A stretch of DNA of 64,000 nt from Negaprion brevirostris (GCA_030324005.1 JARDVH010000132.1:88835350-88899349), one strand, 5' to 3'. Counted from the first letter of the stretch, positions 1-11,935 are shown. Notes: generated by a model from the letters alone, not told the origin. Numbers and translations are program-made.

Positions 1-139
1 ACTGTGGGAGGAAACTGGAGCACCCAGAGGAAACCCACGCAGACATGGGGAGAACATGCAAACTCCACACAGACAGTGACCAGAGGCCAGAATTGAACCC
101 ACGTCCCTGGCACTAATCACTGTGCTACTGTGCCACCCA
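1..139 (-). mobile_element. HE1-type tRNA-derived V-SINE, 5' half (cut by window edge)
   Basis: Reverse complement reads ...GGTTCAATTCTGGCCTCTGGTCACTGTCTGTGTGGAGTTTGCATGTTCTCCCCATGTCTGCGTGGGTTTCCTC...; the same motif recurs about 16 times in the window. Confidence 0.9.
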
Positions 140-204
140 TGATGCACAGGCTATCTGCTTTAATGTTGGATGCTGTCAGTGTTCACCAGTACCTTGGGAG
201 ATGT

Positions 205-292
205 CCCTGCAATTCTTTAAACGAGGTATCGGATTTTTTTACCACCACCCAAGAGAGCAGACAGGGCCTTAAATTAATGTTTCGTCCAAAAA
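205..292 (-). mobile_element. Deu-domain SINE (SacSINE1-like) fragment
   Basis: Reverse complement ...TAAGGCCCTGTCTGCTCTCTTGGGTGGTGGTAAAAAATCCGATACC resembles the recalled Deu domain. Confidence 0.55.
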
Positions 293-699
293 AAAGCCTT
301 TAGCCACAAGTTGGATTTGAACTCGTGGGTCAGGATCCCACCACCACCATCCCCCCTCCCCGTGATGTGTTTTCCAATGGCTGAGGTAGTTGCCCATTGG
401 CTACCTGTGGGATCTTCCAGTCCCAGTGAAGTCAATTGCTAATTGCGTTGTTAGATAGCTACGCTGCTGGAGAGCCTGCCATGGGGGGTAATTTTGGCAG
501 GACTGAAAGATCCTACCAGCAGGAAGTGACAAAAAATGCAGGCTATGGTCTCCTGAATCAGAGACAGGACAGTGCTCACTGAACCATAGTCGTCACTGAA
601 AATGTTGGGCATAGATGTACTATGTTCCAGCATAAGCCAACATTTATGGATCAGAAGTCAACAAACATGTAGATGCCTTGCTTAACAAATCACAAAATT

Positions 700-932
700 A
701 TAGAATCCCGACAGTGCAGGAAAAGGCCATAACACTAAGAGGCAATTTAGCATGGCCAATTTGCTTAACCTGCACATCTTTGGACTGTGGGAGGAAGACA
801 GAGCCCCTGGAGGAAACCCATGCAGACATGGGGAGAATGTGCAAACTCCATACTGTCCAAGGCTGCAATTGAACCTGGGTTCCTGGCACCGTGAGGCAGC
901 AGTGCTAACTGCTGTGCCATTGTGGCACCCCT
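700..932 (-). mobile_element. HE1-type V-SINE with internal deletion
   Basis: TAGAATCCCGACAGTGCAG tail joined directly to the body; tRNA-like head at about 870-930. Confidence 0.9.
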
Positions 933-1325
933 GTCTGTTGTCTAAAGAAGATCAACACAGATCCATTCTGCTTGGTTTTCATTCAACAGGAGTTGTAAAG
1001 TAGCAATTTTGCACCAACTATAGAAGGTAAAATAGCAAGCCTGCTTTAAAGAAATGCTGTATTACCGTATTTTCTGTTTACAAAGATCAATCTTCATGGA
1101 AGTTTTACCTTCATGGAGAATTGACTCTTTGTCATAAAATCATGTTTGATTGTAGAACCCAGGGGAAGGGACTGCAAGTAAATGAATCAGTCTATCAAAA
1201 ACCAGCACAGGCATGACAGACCAAAAGCCACTTCTCTCTATAATTCCAGATTAGTTCAGGATGCATTGTTCAGTATATTTCTGTTATATTTGTTGTTTTG
1301 CTTCATTTCAAATTTTATTCTGCAG

Positions 1326-1421
1326 CTCAGTAATGACGTACCATCCAAATCGGCAACAAGAAGTTCATCTTCCAAAGATCTGCCCACTAGTGGAAAGTCC
1401 CAAGTTAATAGCTCAATTTAA
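1326..1421 (+). CDS. Candidate terminal coding exon of an unidentified gene (LSNDVPSKSATRSSSSKDLPTSGKSQVNSSI*)
   Basis: Pyrimidine-rich acceptor AATTTTATTCTGCAG, phase-0 Ser-rich frame to TAA, unique sequence; a second frame is also open to 1491. Confidence 0.35.
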   Translation, partial: LSNDVPSKSATRSSSSKDLPTSGKSQVNSSI

Positions 1422-2909
1422 CTCAGCCTTCATTTTCTCCACCATCTGTGTTGGGAATGCGTTTGAGGGTTGTGCCCTGAAGAACATCTAAAGTGTGTAT
1501 GTTGGAGCAAGGCCCAGTTGCATCTTTTTATAGTCAGAGATAATCATTTAGCTGTGGAAAGGGAGTTCCTATTGCAGACTTGCATTCCACAGAACTATTT
1601 TGTCTGTTAAGNNNNNNNNNNNNNNNNNNNNNNNNNNNNNNNNNNNNNNNNNNNNNNNNNNNNNNNNNNNNNNNNNNNNNNNNNNNNNNNNNNNNNNNNN
1701 NNNNNNNNNNNNNNNNNNNNNNNNNNNNNNNNNNNNNNNNNNNNNNNNNNNNNNNNNNNNNNNNNNNNNNNNNNNNNNNNNNNNNNNNNNNNNNNNNNNN
1801 NNNNNNNNNNNNNNNNNNNNNNNNNNNNNNNNNNNNNNNNNNNNNNNNNNNNNNNNNNNNNNNNNNNNNNNNNNNNNNNNNNNNNNNNNNNNNNNNNNNN
1901 NNNNNNNNNNNNNNNNNNNNNNNNNNNNNNNNNNNNNNNNNNNNNNNNNNNNNNNNNNNNNNNNNNNNNNNNNNNNNNNNNNNNNNNNNNNNNNNNNNNN
2001 NNNNNNNNNNNNNNNNNNNNNATTATTCAGAATGAGGAAATAGAGCATTTGAAGGATTCGCACATTTCACTGATCTTACTGTATGTGGTCAGAAACTTTA
2101 TTCACATTTACACTTTGCTGTTGCTGTGCACACACCTCTTTGCATCCCTTTTGAATCAATGCTAATCAGTTGAGTTAGTCAGGAACTGAAGTGGGAAAAT
2201 ATAGTTCTGATCAAAGTGAACTATATGCTTCAGTTGCCCAACAGAAATGAGGAAGTAACAAGTCATAGGATTTCTCTGTTCCAACAATTAAGCTGATGTT
2301 GTTAAGTGGCTAAAACTGACCTCCAATGTATTGTTGGCTTAATAGCCAAAAGTTTCACTTGGTGACTGTTAAAATTAGAAAACATATTTAAAAGCTTGAC
2401 CTTTCTGTAGGTTTACCTGTGAGTCCATTTTTGTTCACTGTGAATTGTGTCAGCGTACAAGTTACTATGCTGACACACATTTATTTCTATTTATCCAGGT
2501 GGGTAAGGCCGCTGGGTCTGAGAACTGTTCTGTAATGTAACTTGCTCTCAATGATGTCCCTTGTTGTTGTTGGCAAATGAAGGCACTTCAATATGCACCA
2601 GTTCTTTTTGCAATTCTTAATGACAAAATAATTTTACAAGCAGTTATGTGGAACGCAAGTCTGCAATAGGAACTCCCTGTCCACAGCTAAATGATCATCT
2701 CTGAGCTGTAGATGTGATTCTCAAGTAGAATTTGGGTAAAATTCTTAATAGGGCTTCCTGCATTATTCATGGAGCTTCAGATGCCTTTTCTCCAGTTTAT
2801 ATTTCTAGTAGTATGAACTTTCTTGTGGTGTTTTCCTAGTACTCACGCCTCTGCTTCAAGCTAACCCTCTGGACCTTGAGCACCGAATGTAGTACAAGTG
2901 CTGGGATGG

Positions 2910-3300
2910 CAACAAAAGCTTGCATTCATATAGCATGGAGACCTAATGGATGAAAATTAGAAGGGAAGTCCCAAAGCTTGACTGAAGATATGGATTTTAT
3001 GGAGGGCCTTAAGGGAGGAGAGGAAAGTGGAAAGATTAGGGATAAAATACCAAAAGGGTGAGGTTTTAGATAGTTTTAGCACAGCTACCAATAGTGGGAT
3101 GAGGGTGAATGTATAAAATACCATAAGCAGGTGAACAGAGTTTGGCTGGGGAATGTGGTGTGCAGAAAGGGTATTGTAGTGCTGGAAGAGGTTACAGGGA
3201 TTAGGAAGGACAAGTTGATGAACAAGTTTAAACTCAAGTGCCTTTTGGCACTGAGAGCCGGTGAGGATGGGAGTGTTTTTTTCAAGGCCCTATAGAATAT
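2910..3300 (-). mobile_element. L2-type LINE 3' fragment, decayed
   Basis: AACAAAAGCTTGCATTCATATAGC...CCAAAGCTTG...TTAAGGGAGGAGAGG, the reverse complement of the L2 end also seen at 17400-17890 and 39040-39620. Confidence 0.6.
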
Positions 3301-3334
3301 TTCCATAAAAGAATAATAAAAGAAGCAGGAGAGA

Positions 3335-3565
3335 TCCTTTCAGACCAAGTGTAGAAGACCTCAAGGCATTATAAGACGGGGTTCTCCTGCTGCCCTAGCC
3401 AGTATATCTCCCCCAAAAAGAAATGTAAATGAAAACAGATGAACACTGCTCAGTGTGGAACCTTGCTATGCTAAAATCAACTGCTGCTTTTTCTACCTGA
3501 CAGTGTTGCCTCAAACTGTCATTCGTAGAATGTAAAGCAACATCCCAAGAGTGTAATAGCTTGCT
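3335..3565 (+). mobile_element. Deu-SINE (SacSINE1-like) remnant
   Basis: GGGGTTCTCCTGCTGCCCTAGCCAGTATATCTCCC...AAAACAGATG...GTGGAACCTTGCTATGC...TGTAAAGC. Confidence 0.55.
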
Positions 3566-3774
3566 TATGTCCTCAATTTATTGTTTTTGAATGAACAGAC
3601 GTCATAACCATTTTGGAAAGTATTTTCATCTAAGTTGATTCTACCATTCTGTATTTGGTGTCCAACTTGAATTTTATATAATTCATACTTAGCATTAAAA
3701 AGGAAACAGAAGAGGCAAGAATAAAAAAAGAAATGGATGTTGGGTGGTAAGTATGTTGTCAAGTAATCAATGCC

Positions 3775-4060
3775 AGGAAGAAGTCCCATTCTGTGTGAAT
3801 CTAATCTCAGTTGAGGCAACAGTCAGGTCATTAGATCATGGTTGATCTATACCTCAATTCCTTTCATGCACCTTCTACCCATTGATACTTTACCTAACAA
3901 ATAATCTATTAGTCTGCGATCTTGAAAATATCAATTAACATATATAGCCCTTTATTTTCCAGACTTCCACTATCCTATGTGTGAAAGCTGCTTCATGATT
4001 TCAGTTTTAACTAGCTGAGTTCCAAGTTTAAGATCGCATCCCCTTATTCTTGATTCTCTG
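3775..4060 (-). mobile_element. CR1 LINE 3' end, decayed
   Basis: TAGATCATGGTTGATCTATACCTCAATTCC...TACCTAACAAATAATCTAT...TTCCACTATCCTATGTGTGAA. Confidence 0.6.
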
Positions 4061-4073
4061 TGCAAAGAAACGT

Positions 4074-5426
4074 GGTGGAATTCTCCCAAAGTAATTTTCA
4101 GTGTTGTAACAGTGAGAATAACAGAGTGCTCTACGCCGGTAATATCACCGTGTTCTGCACTGCAATCCTCCCCCACATTGTCACCTTTTGGAGAGTAGTG
4201 AGTTCCACATCAGTACGGGGGAGGGGGGATACCTCACCACCCCTCCCCATCAAACCCTGGACCATGGCCTCCACTTAGGCCCTACCCCCTCAGCACTGGC
4301 ACTGCTGGACGCTTCAGTGACCACAGCCAAGCTATCCAGTGGCCACTGCTGGTGTGCCAGGTAGGCGCTGTCCAGCCTTTGAGGGCTTCAGTGGCCACCG
4401 AGCTCCCTCAGGCTTCACCAGGTCTCTGCATGTGGAGGGCTGTTGCGATTTTGGCCTTTTTTGCACCACGCCCAAATGCTGTGATTTGTGCTGGGATTTG
4501 AGTGGCCTTTCATCAGATGCTTGATGTCAAGCTGGCCCCCCTCCCGACTTCACCCTCTCTCTCCGATTGTGCCTTAGCTATTCCTGCACAGACCGAAGCA
4601 GTTGAAAGCAATCGGGTTTCATTCATCTTTCTCACACTTCCGGGTTTACAAATTTACATTGCATGTCATGTGATTGCAGCAGTGCAGATTGTCCAAAAGG
4701 ATTCTGGAGCAGCACTCAACAGCAGTGTAAACATGTAGATAAAGGATTAGGCTGACAAAAGCATGTTGTTAGCAGAGCTTTTTGGTGCCGTCAACGCCTG
4801 AACCCCTTTCCCCTAATTCCTCCTCATCTCAGACAGCATGTGGTGGAAGGGTCAGAGACACACAGTGGCCTCTCTACCTGCAGACTCAGTGGATTGCAGT
4901 TGAACTCTGAGGGGTCACTGTATTGTGTTGCCACTGAGCCCATGCCTACTGTGCCATTCAGTGATCTGAGTGTGAGCAGTTGAGGGTTAATTAGCCTGTT
5001 GGGGTGGATGAGGTCATCCATCTCTTTCCTGCATTGCAGGTCTCTTCTTTGGGGGAGGCCCTGGGCGCTGACCACTATGAAGATGTCCTCCCATGCCAGT
5101 TTGGTCTATCAGGTCAGCCTCCTCCTCCTCTTCCCATCCTGTGGGTGCAGAATTTCCCTCCTGACCTTCATTCAGCAGAACGTTCAGGGATGTGTCACTG
5201 AATCCGGGAATACTGGGATCTCTGGGCTATCTACTCCTTGAACAGTGGGTAGGCCGATGTCTGGCCACCTTTTAAATATGGCATCTGAATATAATGGGAG
5301 GGTATGTGTCATCTAGCCCACTTTGCCATGCAAAATGTTGGAATACACCCCATAATTAATCAGGCTGGTGCCACGCGAAACGGTGCAAATTCCCACCAGT
5401 CTCGTTAGTGGGAAAGTTCCTGTCCC
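4074..5426. mobile_element. PIF/Harbinger-type DNA transposon remnant
   Basis: TIR-like ends (GGTGGAATTCTCCC ... GGGAAAGTTCCTGTCCC), GC-rich interior and an internal Myb/SANT-like pseudo-ORF. Confidence 0.6.
5001..5211 (-). pseudogene. Fossil Myb/SANT-like DNA-binding ORF of a Harbinger transposon
   Basis: Translates IPGFSDTSLNVLLNE/(frameshift)VRREILHPQDGKRRRRLT**TKLAWEDIFIVVSAQGLPQRRDLQCRKEMDDLI, fitting the F-S..L..L / W..I...V.A / R...QCRK...DL pattern; contains two stops and a frameshift. Confidence 0.75.
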
Positions 5427-5480
5427 TGCTCCAGGACTTAGGCCCAGAATGGTAAATTCTTCCCATGGTGACTTCTACCA

Positions 5481-5516
5481 CTGTAAGAAGTCTGACAACA
5501 CCAGGTTTAAGTCCAC
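5481..5516. repeat. Short fragment of the AAGTCTCACAACACCAGGTTAAAGTCC repeat family
   Basis: Matches the copies at 32183-32266 and 36225-36364. Confidence 0.7.
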
Positions 5517-6389
5517 TGTACCACTGACAGCNNNNNNNNNNCTGACAGCTTTCAGTATATAATAAGAATTAAAGGGCTAACATGCCCTTAAAACTTGGTA
5601 GTTTGTCAAATGCAATGATTGTATCATGTTAATATTGCAGCTATAGGAGACATTAGGAATAAATAAAATGAATTGATGTCATTTTACAACTATTTGTTGG
5701 CACCAGGCAAAGCAACAACACATTTATAAATGATTTATAACTGATGTTTACTACAGATTAACAACACATGTTAGACATCATTACCAAACGTATATGAATT
5801 ACATTTACGTTAGTGTTGACGATGGATCTCAAATGATAGTATTGACTTTTATTGAAGTATGGAAAGTGTTTTGACACAAGCTGAAGTATTTGTGCACATT
5901 GTTTATGGGTTTTACCACTGTGATAAATAGTTACTATCTCATGTCAAACATTCGATTTGTTGTTCACTTGCGAGATAAAGCAAAGGGAACTATTTCCTTG
6001 TCTGCTGGAAATAAATTCAAGCAACAGCACACTGGCTCCCAGCAGGAGTGGCTCGCAAATCAGGTCTGATAACTGTGCTATCAGCGCTACAAATGATGTA
6101 TGATGGCATGAAACAATCTCGCAACTTTAATCTGCCTCTCAGCATTTTAACCATTACTATCCTGCTGCTCGGTGGTACCTAACTCACTTTGCGCAAGAAA
6201 AATGACTGCCACACAAAACTGTACCACCTAGATTTCATATCATAGAATGATTACTGTACTGACGGAGGCCATTCAGCCTGTCACACTCCCACCTTTTCCT
6301 CCTAGCTCTACAATTTTTGCTGTAATTCTACTTAGAATTGAACAGTTCTATTTGAAATATTTTATTTAAAATTTATAAACTTTTGGAAA

Positions 6390-6482
6390 ATTCAGAGATT
6401 ACAGGGAAAAGGCGGGAGAATGCGGAGCAGATTCAATGAGCCGAATGGCTTAATTCTGCACCTATATCTTATGATCTTATGA
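6390..6482 (+). mobile_element. CR1 LINE 3' tail
   Basis: GGGAAAAGGCGGGAGAATG...GCCGAATGGCTTAATTCTGCACCTATATCTTATGATCTTATG. Confidence 0.75.
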
Positions 6483-6673
6483 AACTAGATGAATTAAGCT
6501 CCTTTGTATAGACAGAAAGAATAACATCCATTTATGTAGCAGCTTTCATAACTGCAGGGCATTCAAAAGCATGTAATTCCTCGCTGAAACTTGTAGTTGT
6601 GTTCCACTGCAGGAGGTCTTGTAGTACAGCGACTAGCCAGACGCTGAGGGGCTTTGAGTCTTACCCCAGGATG

Positions 6674-6985
6674 TAGAATCATAGAATCCGTCAATGACAG
6701 GAGGAGACCATTTGGCCCATCAAGTCTGGACTGAATACAATCCCACCCAGGCCCTATTCCTGCAACCCCACATATTTAGCCCACTAATCTCCCTGATACT
6801 AAGGGGCAATTTATCTTGGCCAGCCTACCTAACCTGCACATCTTTGGACTATGGGAGGAAATTAGAGCTCCTGGAGGAAACCCACATAGACACTGGGAAA
6901 AAGTGCAAACTTCACACAGAGGCTGGAATTGAATTTGTGTCCCTGGCGCTGTGAGGCTGCAGTGCTAACTACTGTGCCATCCCGG
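6674..6985 (-). mobile_element. HE1-type V-SINE, near full length
   Basis: TAGAATCATAGAATC tail repeats, body and head. Confidence 0.9.
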
Positions 6986-7309
6986 CTTGATGGCCACAGA
7001 AGGTGAGTTGCAGTATAGCCAAACAGGTGGATTATCAAACAGCAAGTCCTTTCAATTCGCCTATGGCAGACTGAGAAAGTTGAGAATTTTCTGGTCAGCT
7101 GGAATTAGTGGAAATGACACTCCCAGGTTAAAAAGCCACCTGTCCAAGCTCTTCCAACACAATCCATGGAAAAGTTCACTATTCAGGAACCTGCTCTCTC
7201 CAACAGTCCCTCAAAGCATGGAGGATGCTTGCCATGGCAATATAACTTGAAAAACAATAATAAATTTAAATTACAAATGAAATATGCTTGCTTTTTCAAT
7301 TTAGCTCCT

Positions 7310-8392
7310 GTTCACTGCAACTCGGGATTTGCGACAGGGAGATCTCAGAATAAGATCTTCCCCGCCCCCGGGTTGCAATGTAATCTGATTACCATACATT
7401 TAACTATATTTCCATATTCAAAAGTGGCTTAATGCAGTATTTTCAGGGAATATCAGAAGTTCCCACCCGCCATTTTATTCTCACGCTGGGAATCAATATT
7501 GCTCTCTAAAAAATGGAGACCAGATGTGATTACCATACCAGAGGATCAGAGGCTCATGTAGCTCCCGGGTGATCCTGGTACCCTTGCAGTGCCAAACTGG
7601 GCACTGCTGGGGCCAGGCCTGAAGAGGTGATGCCTGAAGAGAAGGGACTGATAGGTGACCATGTTGTCAGGGTTCAATGGGGGAGGGGGGGTGGTGGGGC
7701 CCAAAGATGCTGGTGGGGTGGTGGGGGTGATGCAATGCTGCCAGCAGTGGGAAGGCAGGTGTGGTCCTGATGTTGCCAGCGATGTGGAGGAGGGGGGGCT
7801 TTATGACTTATGATGCTGGCAGCTGGGGGAGGGGATGTGGTCCCAATGGTGCCAGCAATGGAGGTTAGGTGTTTCGAATGAAATTGAGATCTTTAAAAAT
7901 GGCGCCTTGATCTGAGGGTGGCACAGTGGTTAGCACGACTGCCTCATAGCACCAGAGACGCAGGTTCAATTCCAGCATTGGGTCACTGTTTGTATGGAGT
8001 TTGCACATTCCTCCCATGTCTGTGTGGGTTTTCTCCGGGTGCTCCACTGTCCTTCCACAGTCCAAGGATGTGCGGGTTAAATGAATTGGCCATGCCAAAT
8101 TGCCCCTTGGTGGCAGGGGGACTGGCTACAGTAAATGCACAGGCTCAGGAGGATAGGGCCTTGGTGGATTGTAGTCAGTGCAGAGCCGATGGACCTAATG
8201 GCCTCCTTCTACCTGTGATGTTCTATGATCCTGTGAGTTACTGGCGTTTTTTGGCTCTGCCCCTCTCAATGATGACGCAAAACCCATCCCCTGCAAAAAA
8301 AAATGATACTGTTGAAAGGACCGCGCAGCTGATGATCACACCAGGTTTCATGGCCGAGATGACAGATTGTCATTTTTGTGGAAAGTTCTCCC
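7310..8392. mobile_element. Harbinger-type GC-rich element interrupted by a SINE
   Basis: G-rich interior and a GTGGAAAGTTCTCCC end like 4074-5426 and 19487-20248. Confidence 0.45.
7916..8232 (+). mobile_element. HE1-type V-SINE, full length
   Basis: A box GTGGCACAGTGGTTAGC, B box GGTTCAATTCC, V-domain body, TTCTATGAT tail. Confidence 0.92.
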
Positions 8393-9250
8393 ATGCACAC
8401 ACTACCTGCCCAGCTGGAAATAAAGTTAAAGCAAATGCCCTGATGCTAAGTGCGTAGACTGGTCATATTACATCTGCAGTGCTAAAGTGAAACGTTGCTG
8501 AATGAGAAAATTTAAAATGGGAACTTACTGTCAACAATGAAGCACTTTAAAAGTGTAATCACTTGTAATAGAGATGGGAAGTTTCAGGAGAAAAGACAAC
8601 ATGAATCGGGGATTAGGATTTGGAGAGAAGTTTGGATTTTAGATGAATTCCAGGAAAGAATATGTTGTGGTAAAAGTCTTCAACAAGTTTGAATTTCAAC
8701 ATCATGAGGAAACAGGAAGAAGCATGTAAGAGAATAGGTATAATATCTCACAGGGGCAAGAAAGAAAAGTGCAGAAAACTGCAGAGGCTTAGGCTGCAAC
8801 CTTACAACCTCATCCCACCCGACTTTCGGTGAGGTGAGGCAGTAAAATCAGGCAGGAAANNNNNNNNNNNNNNNNNNNNNNNNNNNNNNNNNNNNNNNNN
8901 NNNNNNNNNNNNNNNNNNNNNNNNNNNNNNNNNNNNNNNNNNNNNNNNNNNNNNNNNNNNNNNNNNNNNNNNNNNNNNNNNNNNNNNNNNNNNNNNNNNN
9001 NNNNNNNNNNNNNNNNNNNNNNNNNNNNNNNNNNNNNNNNNNNNNNNNNNNNNNNNNNNNNNNNNNNNNNNNNNNNNNNNNNNNNNNNNNNNNNNNNNNN
9101 NNNNNNNNNNNNNNNNNNNNNNNNNNNNNNNNNNNNNNNNNNNNNNNNNNNNNNNNNNNNNNNNNNNNNNNNNNNNNNNNNNNNNNNNNNNNNNNNNNNN
9201 NNNNNNNNNNNNNNNNNNNNNNNNNNNNNNNNNNNNNNNNNNNNNNNNNT

Positions 9251-9325
9251 TATTCCTACCAAAATGAATCACCTCACACTTCTCCACATTAAACTCCATC
9301 CGCCACCTCGCGGCCCAGCTCTGCA
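9251..9325 (-). mobile_element. CR1 LINE ORF2 (RT C-terminal) fragment abutting a gap
   Basis: Translates WAARWRMEFNVEKCEVIHFGRN, a typical CR1 motif. Confidence 0.85.
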
Positions 9326-9799
9326 AGAATGCAACTTTATGTTGCATTCTTGTAGGGGTTTCCTGATTGTTTAGGAATGCAGCCAAGGAGAGTAGAGACA
9401 ACTTCTTTACCAAAGTAGAGAGGAAGTTCGTTCATTGTCTCCTGGTCTACAGCATGATCAAGAAATAATGAAGTCAGAGAGGAGATGCTCTCCAAAGAGG
9501 CCAGGAGGAGGAGCCCTGTGTAATAGATGGAATTTCAGAGAGTATGCCATTTGTAACAATGTCTCTAGCTCAAACTAGATCACCAATCGCCATTCTCTCA
9601 TTCATTTGTAAGCTGGTACATGAGTTACTCTTTTACCCTCTGGGTGGTTGCAATCCACTCATACCCATTGACTCACCATGTGGTGACAGTGACTCTATGC
9701 TAACCTCTAAAACCTTCATGGTGCCAATATGTGAACTGGCAGCTACAATTGTAAAGATTAAGTGCTGGTGCTTCCTTTTCACTTACAAGGCATCTTACT

Positions 9800-10076
9800 C
9801 ACGCCCACCCCATCCTCATAATTCTGCACATTTACCATGCTTAATCCACCTAACCTACATATCTTTTGGACACTAAAGGGCAATTTAGTATGGCCAATCC
9901 ACTGAACCTGCTCATCTTTAGACTGTGGGAGGAAACCAGAGTACCTAGGTGAAACCCACAAAGACACGGGGAGAATGTGCAAACTCCAAACAGACAGTGA
10001 CCCGAGGCCAGAATTGAACCCAGGTCCCTGGCTCTGTGATGAAGCAGTGCTAACCACAGTGCCATCAAGCCACCCG
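9800..10076 (-). mobile_element. HE1-type V-SINE
   Basis: Head and body motifs on the minus strand. Confidence 0.9.
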
Positions 10077-10370
10077 AGATTAAATAGTTGTGTTTGTATG
10101 TGGTTTGAGCCTAATTCCATATTGATGTGCCAGAATGTTACTTAGACATTGAAGAGGAAATGGCCTTGAATGACACATGAAGAAGCCATTTCTCCTTGGT
10201 TTGAGAATATTTTCATGGATATTTGACAGTCTATTGTCCAACAAAAGTAGGGAAATCTAAAGCATGTTGAAGGAAACCTGAGGCCGAAGGGGCAGATCTG
10301 CAATAATACATTTTGCACACTTGTATTTAGGAAGCGAAATATGGATGGTACTGTAAGGGTAAACACTTAC

Positions 10371-10497
10371 CGTAAGCAATATTTAATGATAGGCTGGCTC
10401 CTTTTATAAGGGACTGCCTTGGAATGTGTTCTCACCATGTGAGATTCAAACTCTTCTGAATACCAGTCTTCTGAATTTTGTTCAATTATGATCAGCA
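10371..10497 (-). CDS. Candidate internal exon (LIIIEQNSEDWYSEEFESHMVRTHSKAVPYKRSQPIIKYCL)
   Basis: Weak TTACAAG acceptor, strong CG|GTAAGT donor, one open frame (phase 1 to 2). Confidence 0.2.
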
Positions 10498-10666
10498 CTT
10501 GTAATAATATGCATTCAAATTTGCAAAAAGAAACCCAAATGTCAAGGCCCAAAAACAGGCCCAGGGATTGCTGTGGCAATGCCTGTTCCTTCCAACGTGA
10601 GCAGCAAGCACACCTTATCCTGATTGTTCAATTATATGTTTGCAGCATGCAGCCTTGCATGTCAAC

Positions 10667-10932
10667 GAATCCCTGCAGTGCAGAAGGAGGCCATTTGGCC
10701 CACTGTGTCTTCACTGACTCTGACAGAGCAACTTATCTGGCCGTGTCCTCTTAGCCCCACATATTTACCCCACTAATCCTCCTAACATACACATTTCGAG
10801 ACATTAATGGATAATTTACCATAGCCACACCTGGTCTGCACATCTTTGGATTGTGGGACGAAACCAGAGCAACCCGAAGGAAATCCAGGCAGACACAGGG
10901 AGAATGTGCAAACTCCACAAAAACAGTCACGA
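10667..10932 (-). mobile_element. V-SINE body and tail lacking the normal HE1 head
   Basis: Normal body from GTGACTGT...GTGGAGTTTGCAC to the tail; upstream sequence is tRNA-Gly-like rather than HE1 head. Confidence 0.88.
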
Positions 10933-10944
10933 AAGAAGTTGCTT

Positions 10945-11006
10945 TGCATTGGCTAGGAATCAAACCTGGGCCTCTTGCGTGGCAGGTGAGAGTTCTACCA
11001 CTGAAC
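10945..11006 (-). pseudogene. tRNA-Gly(GCC)-derived sequence lacking the first 9 nt
   Basis: Reverse complement GTTCAGTGGTAGAACTCTCACCTGCCACGCAAGAGGCCCAGGTTTGATTCCTAGCCAATGCA matches the recalled vertebrate tRNA-Gly-GCC at 54/62, all differences transitions and mostly at CpG; anticodon at 10981-10983. Confidence 0.9.
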
Positions 11007-11574
11007 TTACAGGGTCTTGGAGCAGTCCAGTAATCCATTCTCCAGTGCTATGATCACTGAGACATCCCACAGGGGAGCAGAAGTGGCAGGGATCCCTCCC
11101 TATTTTTGAGCCTTATTGATTTTCATGGCCTGGGACTTCCTCCTGTTGTGCTTTAAAGCCTTGATATTTTCATCCATGGAACAAGGACAGGATGACAGCA
11201 TTCATCCTCTCGACACTGCCAATTGCTCTAGCCCATCAACTAGCTTGTTCAGTCTGCTGTTAGCCATCTGAGATGATACAANNNNNNNNNNNNNNNNNNN
11301 NNNNNNNNNNNNNNNNNNNNATCCTGCAAGACCATCTGTATAGTTTCCTTGAGTGAAAGTTTACAGCTTTCCATCAGCCATGTTGCAGTGACTATGAAAG
11401 TGTTAGACCAGGTGAGGGCACCCACAAGACAGGCATAAAGGGGTTATACAAGGATAACCCCAACCTCCTCCTCCCTCCCTTCTTAAGTAGCATGTGTCGC
11501 TGTCGCTCTTCCTTCCTGTTATACTGAGGCCGAGAAAGATAGAAGCTGAAGCATCCATGACTGGATGCAAGTAA

Positions 11575-11935
11575 GGCGGTATAGTGGCACAGTGGTTAGC
11601 ACTGCTGCCTCACAGCAGCAGGGTTCTGGGTTCAATTCCAGCCTCGAGTGACTGTCTGTGGAATTTGCACGTTTTCCCTGTGTCTACGTGGGTTTCCTCC
11701 AGGTGCTCCAATTTCCTCCCACACTCCAAAGATGTGCGAGTTAGATGGATTAGCCATGCTCAATTGTTCTTTGATGTCCAAAGATATATATGTTAAGCGG
11801 ATTAGCTATATTATGTGCTTGGGGTTATGAGGATAAGGTGGGGGAAAGGACCTGGGTAAGCTATTTCTCAGAGAGAGTTGGTGCAGACTCGATGGGCCAA
11901 ATGGCTGCCTTCTGCGCAGTAGAGATTCTATAATA
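11575..11935 (+). mobile_element. HE1-type V-SINE, full length
   Basis: A and B boxes, body, GATGGGCCAAATGGC...GATTCTAT tail. Confidence 0.92.

Noticed and set aside
5940-6210. CpG-retaining segment suggesting a conserved non-coding element
   Set aside because: Shares short motifs and inverted repeats with old repeat-like segments near 14920, 25330 and 30650; conservation cannot be judged from one sequence.
7918-8457. 179-aa ORF and the many similar MAQWLALL.../...CGRKPEH... ORFs
   Set aside because: Translations of V-SINE copies, not proteins.
10945-11006. Functional tRNA-Gly gene
   Set aside because: The 5' acceptor strand is missing and the T-loop and stems show CpG decay.
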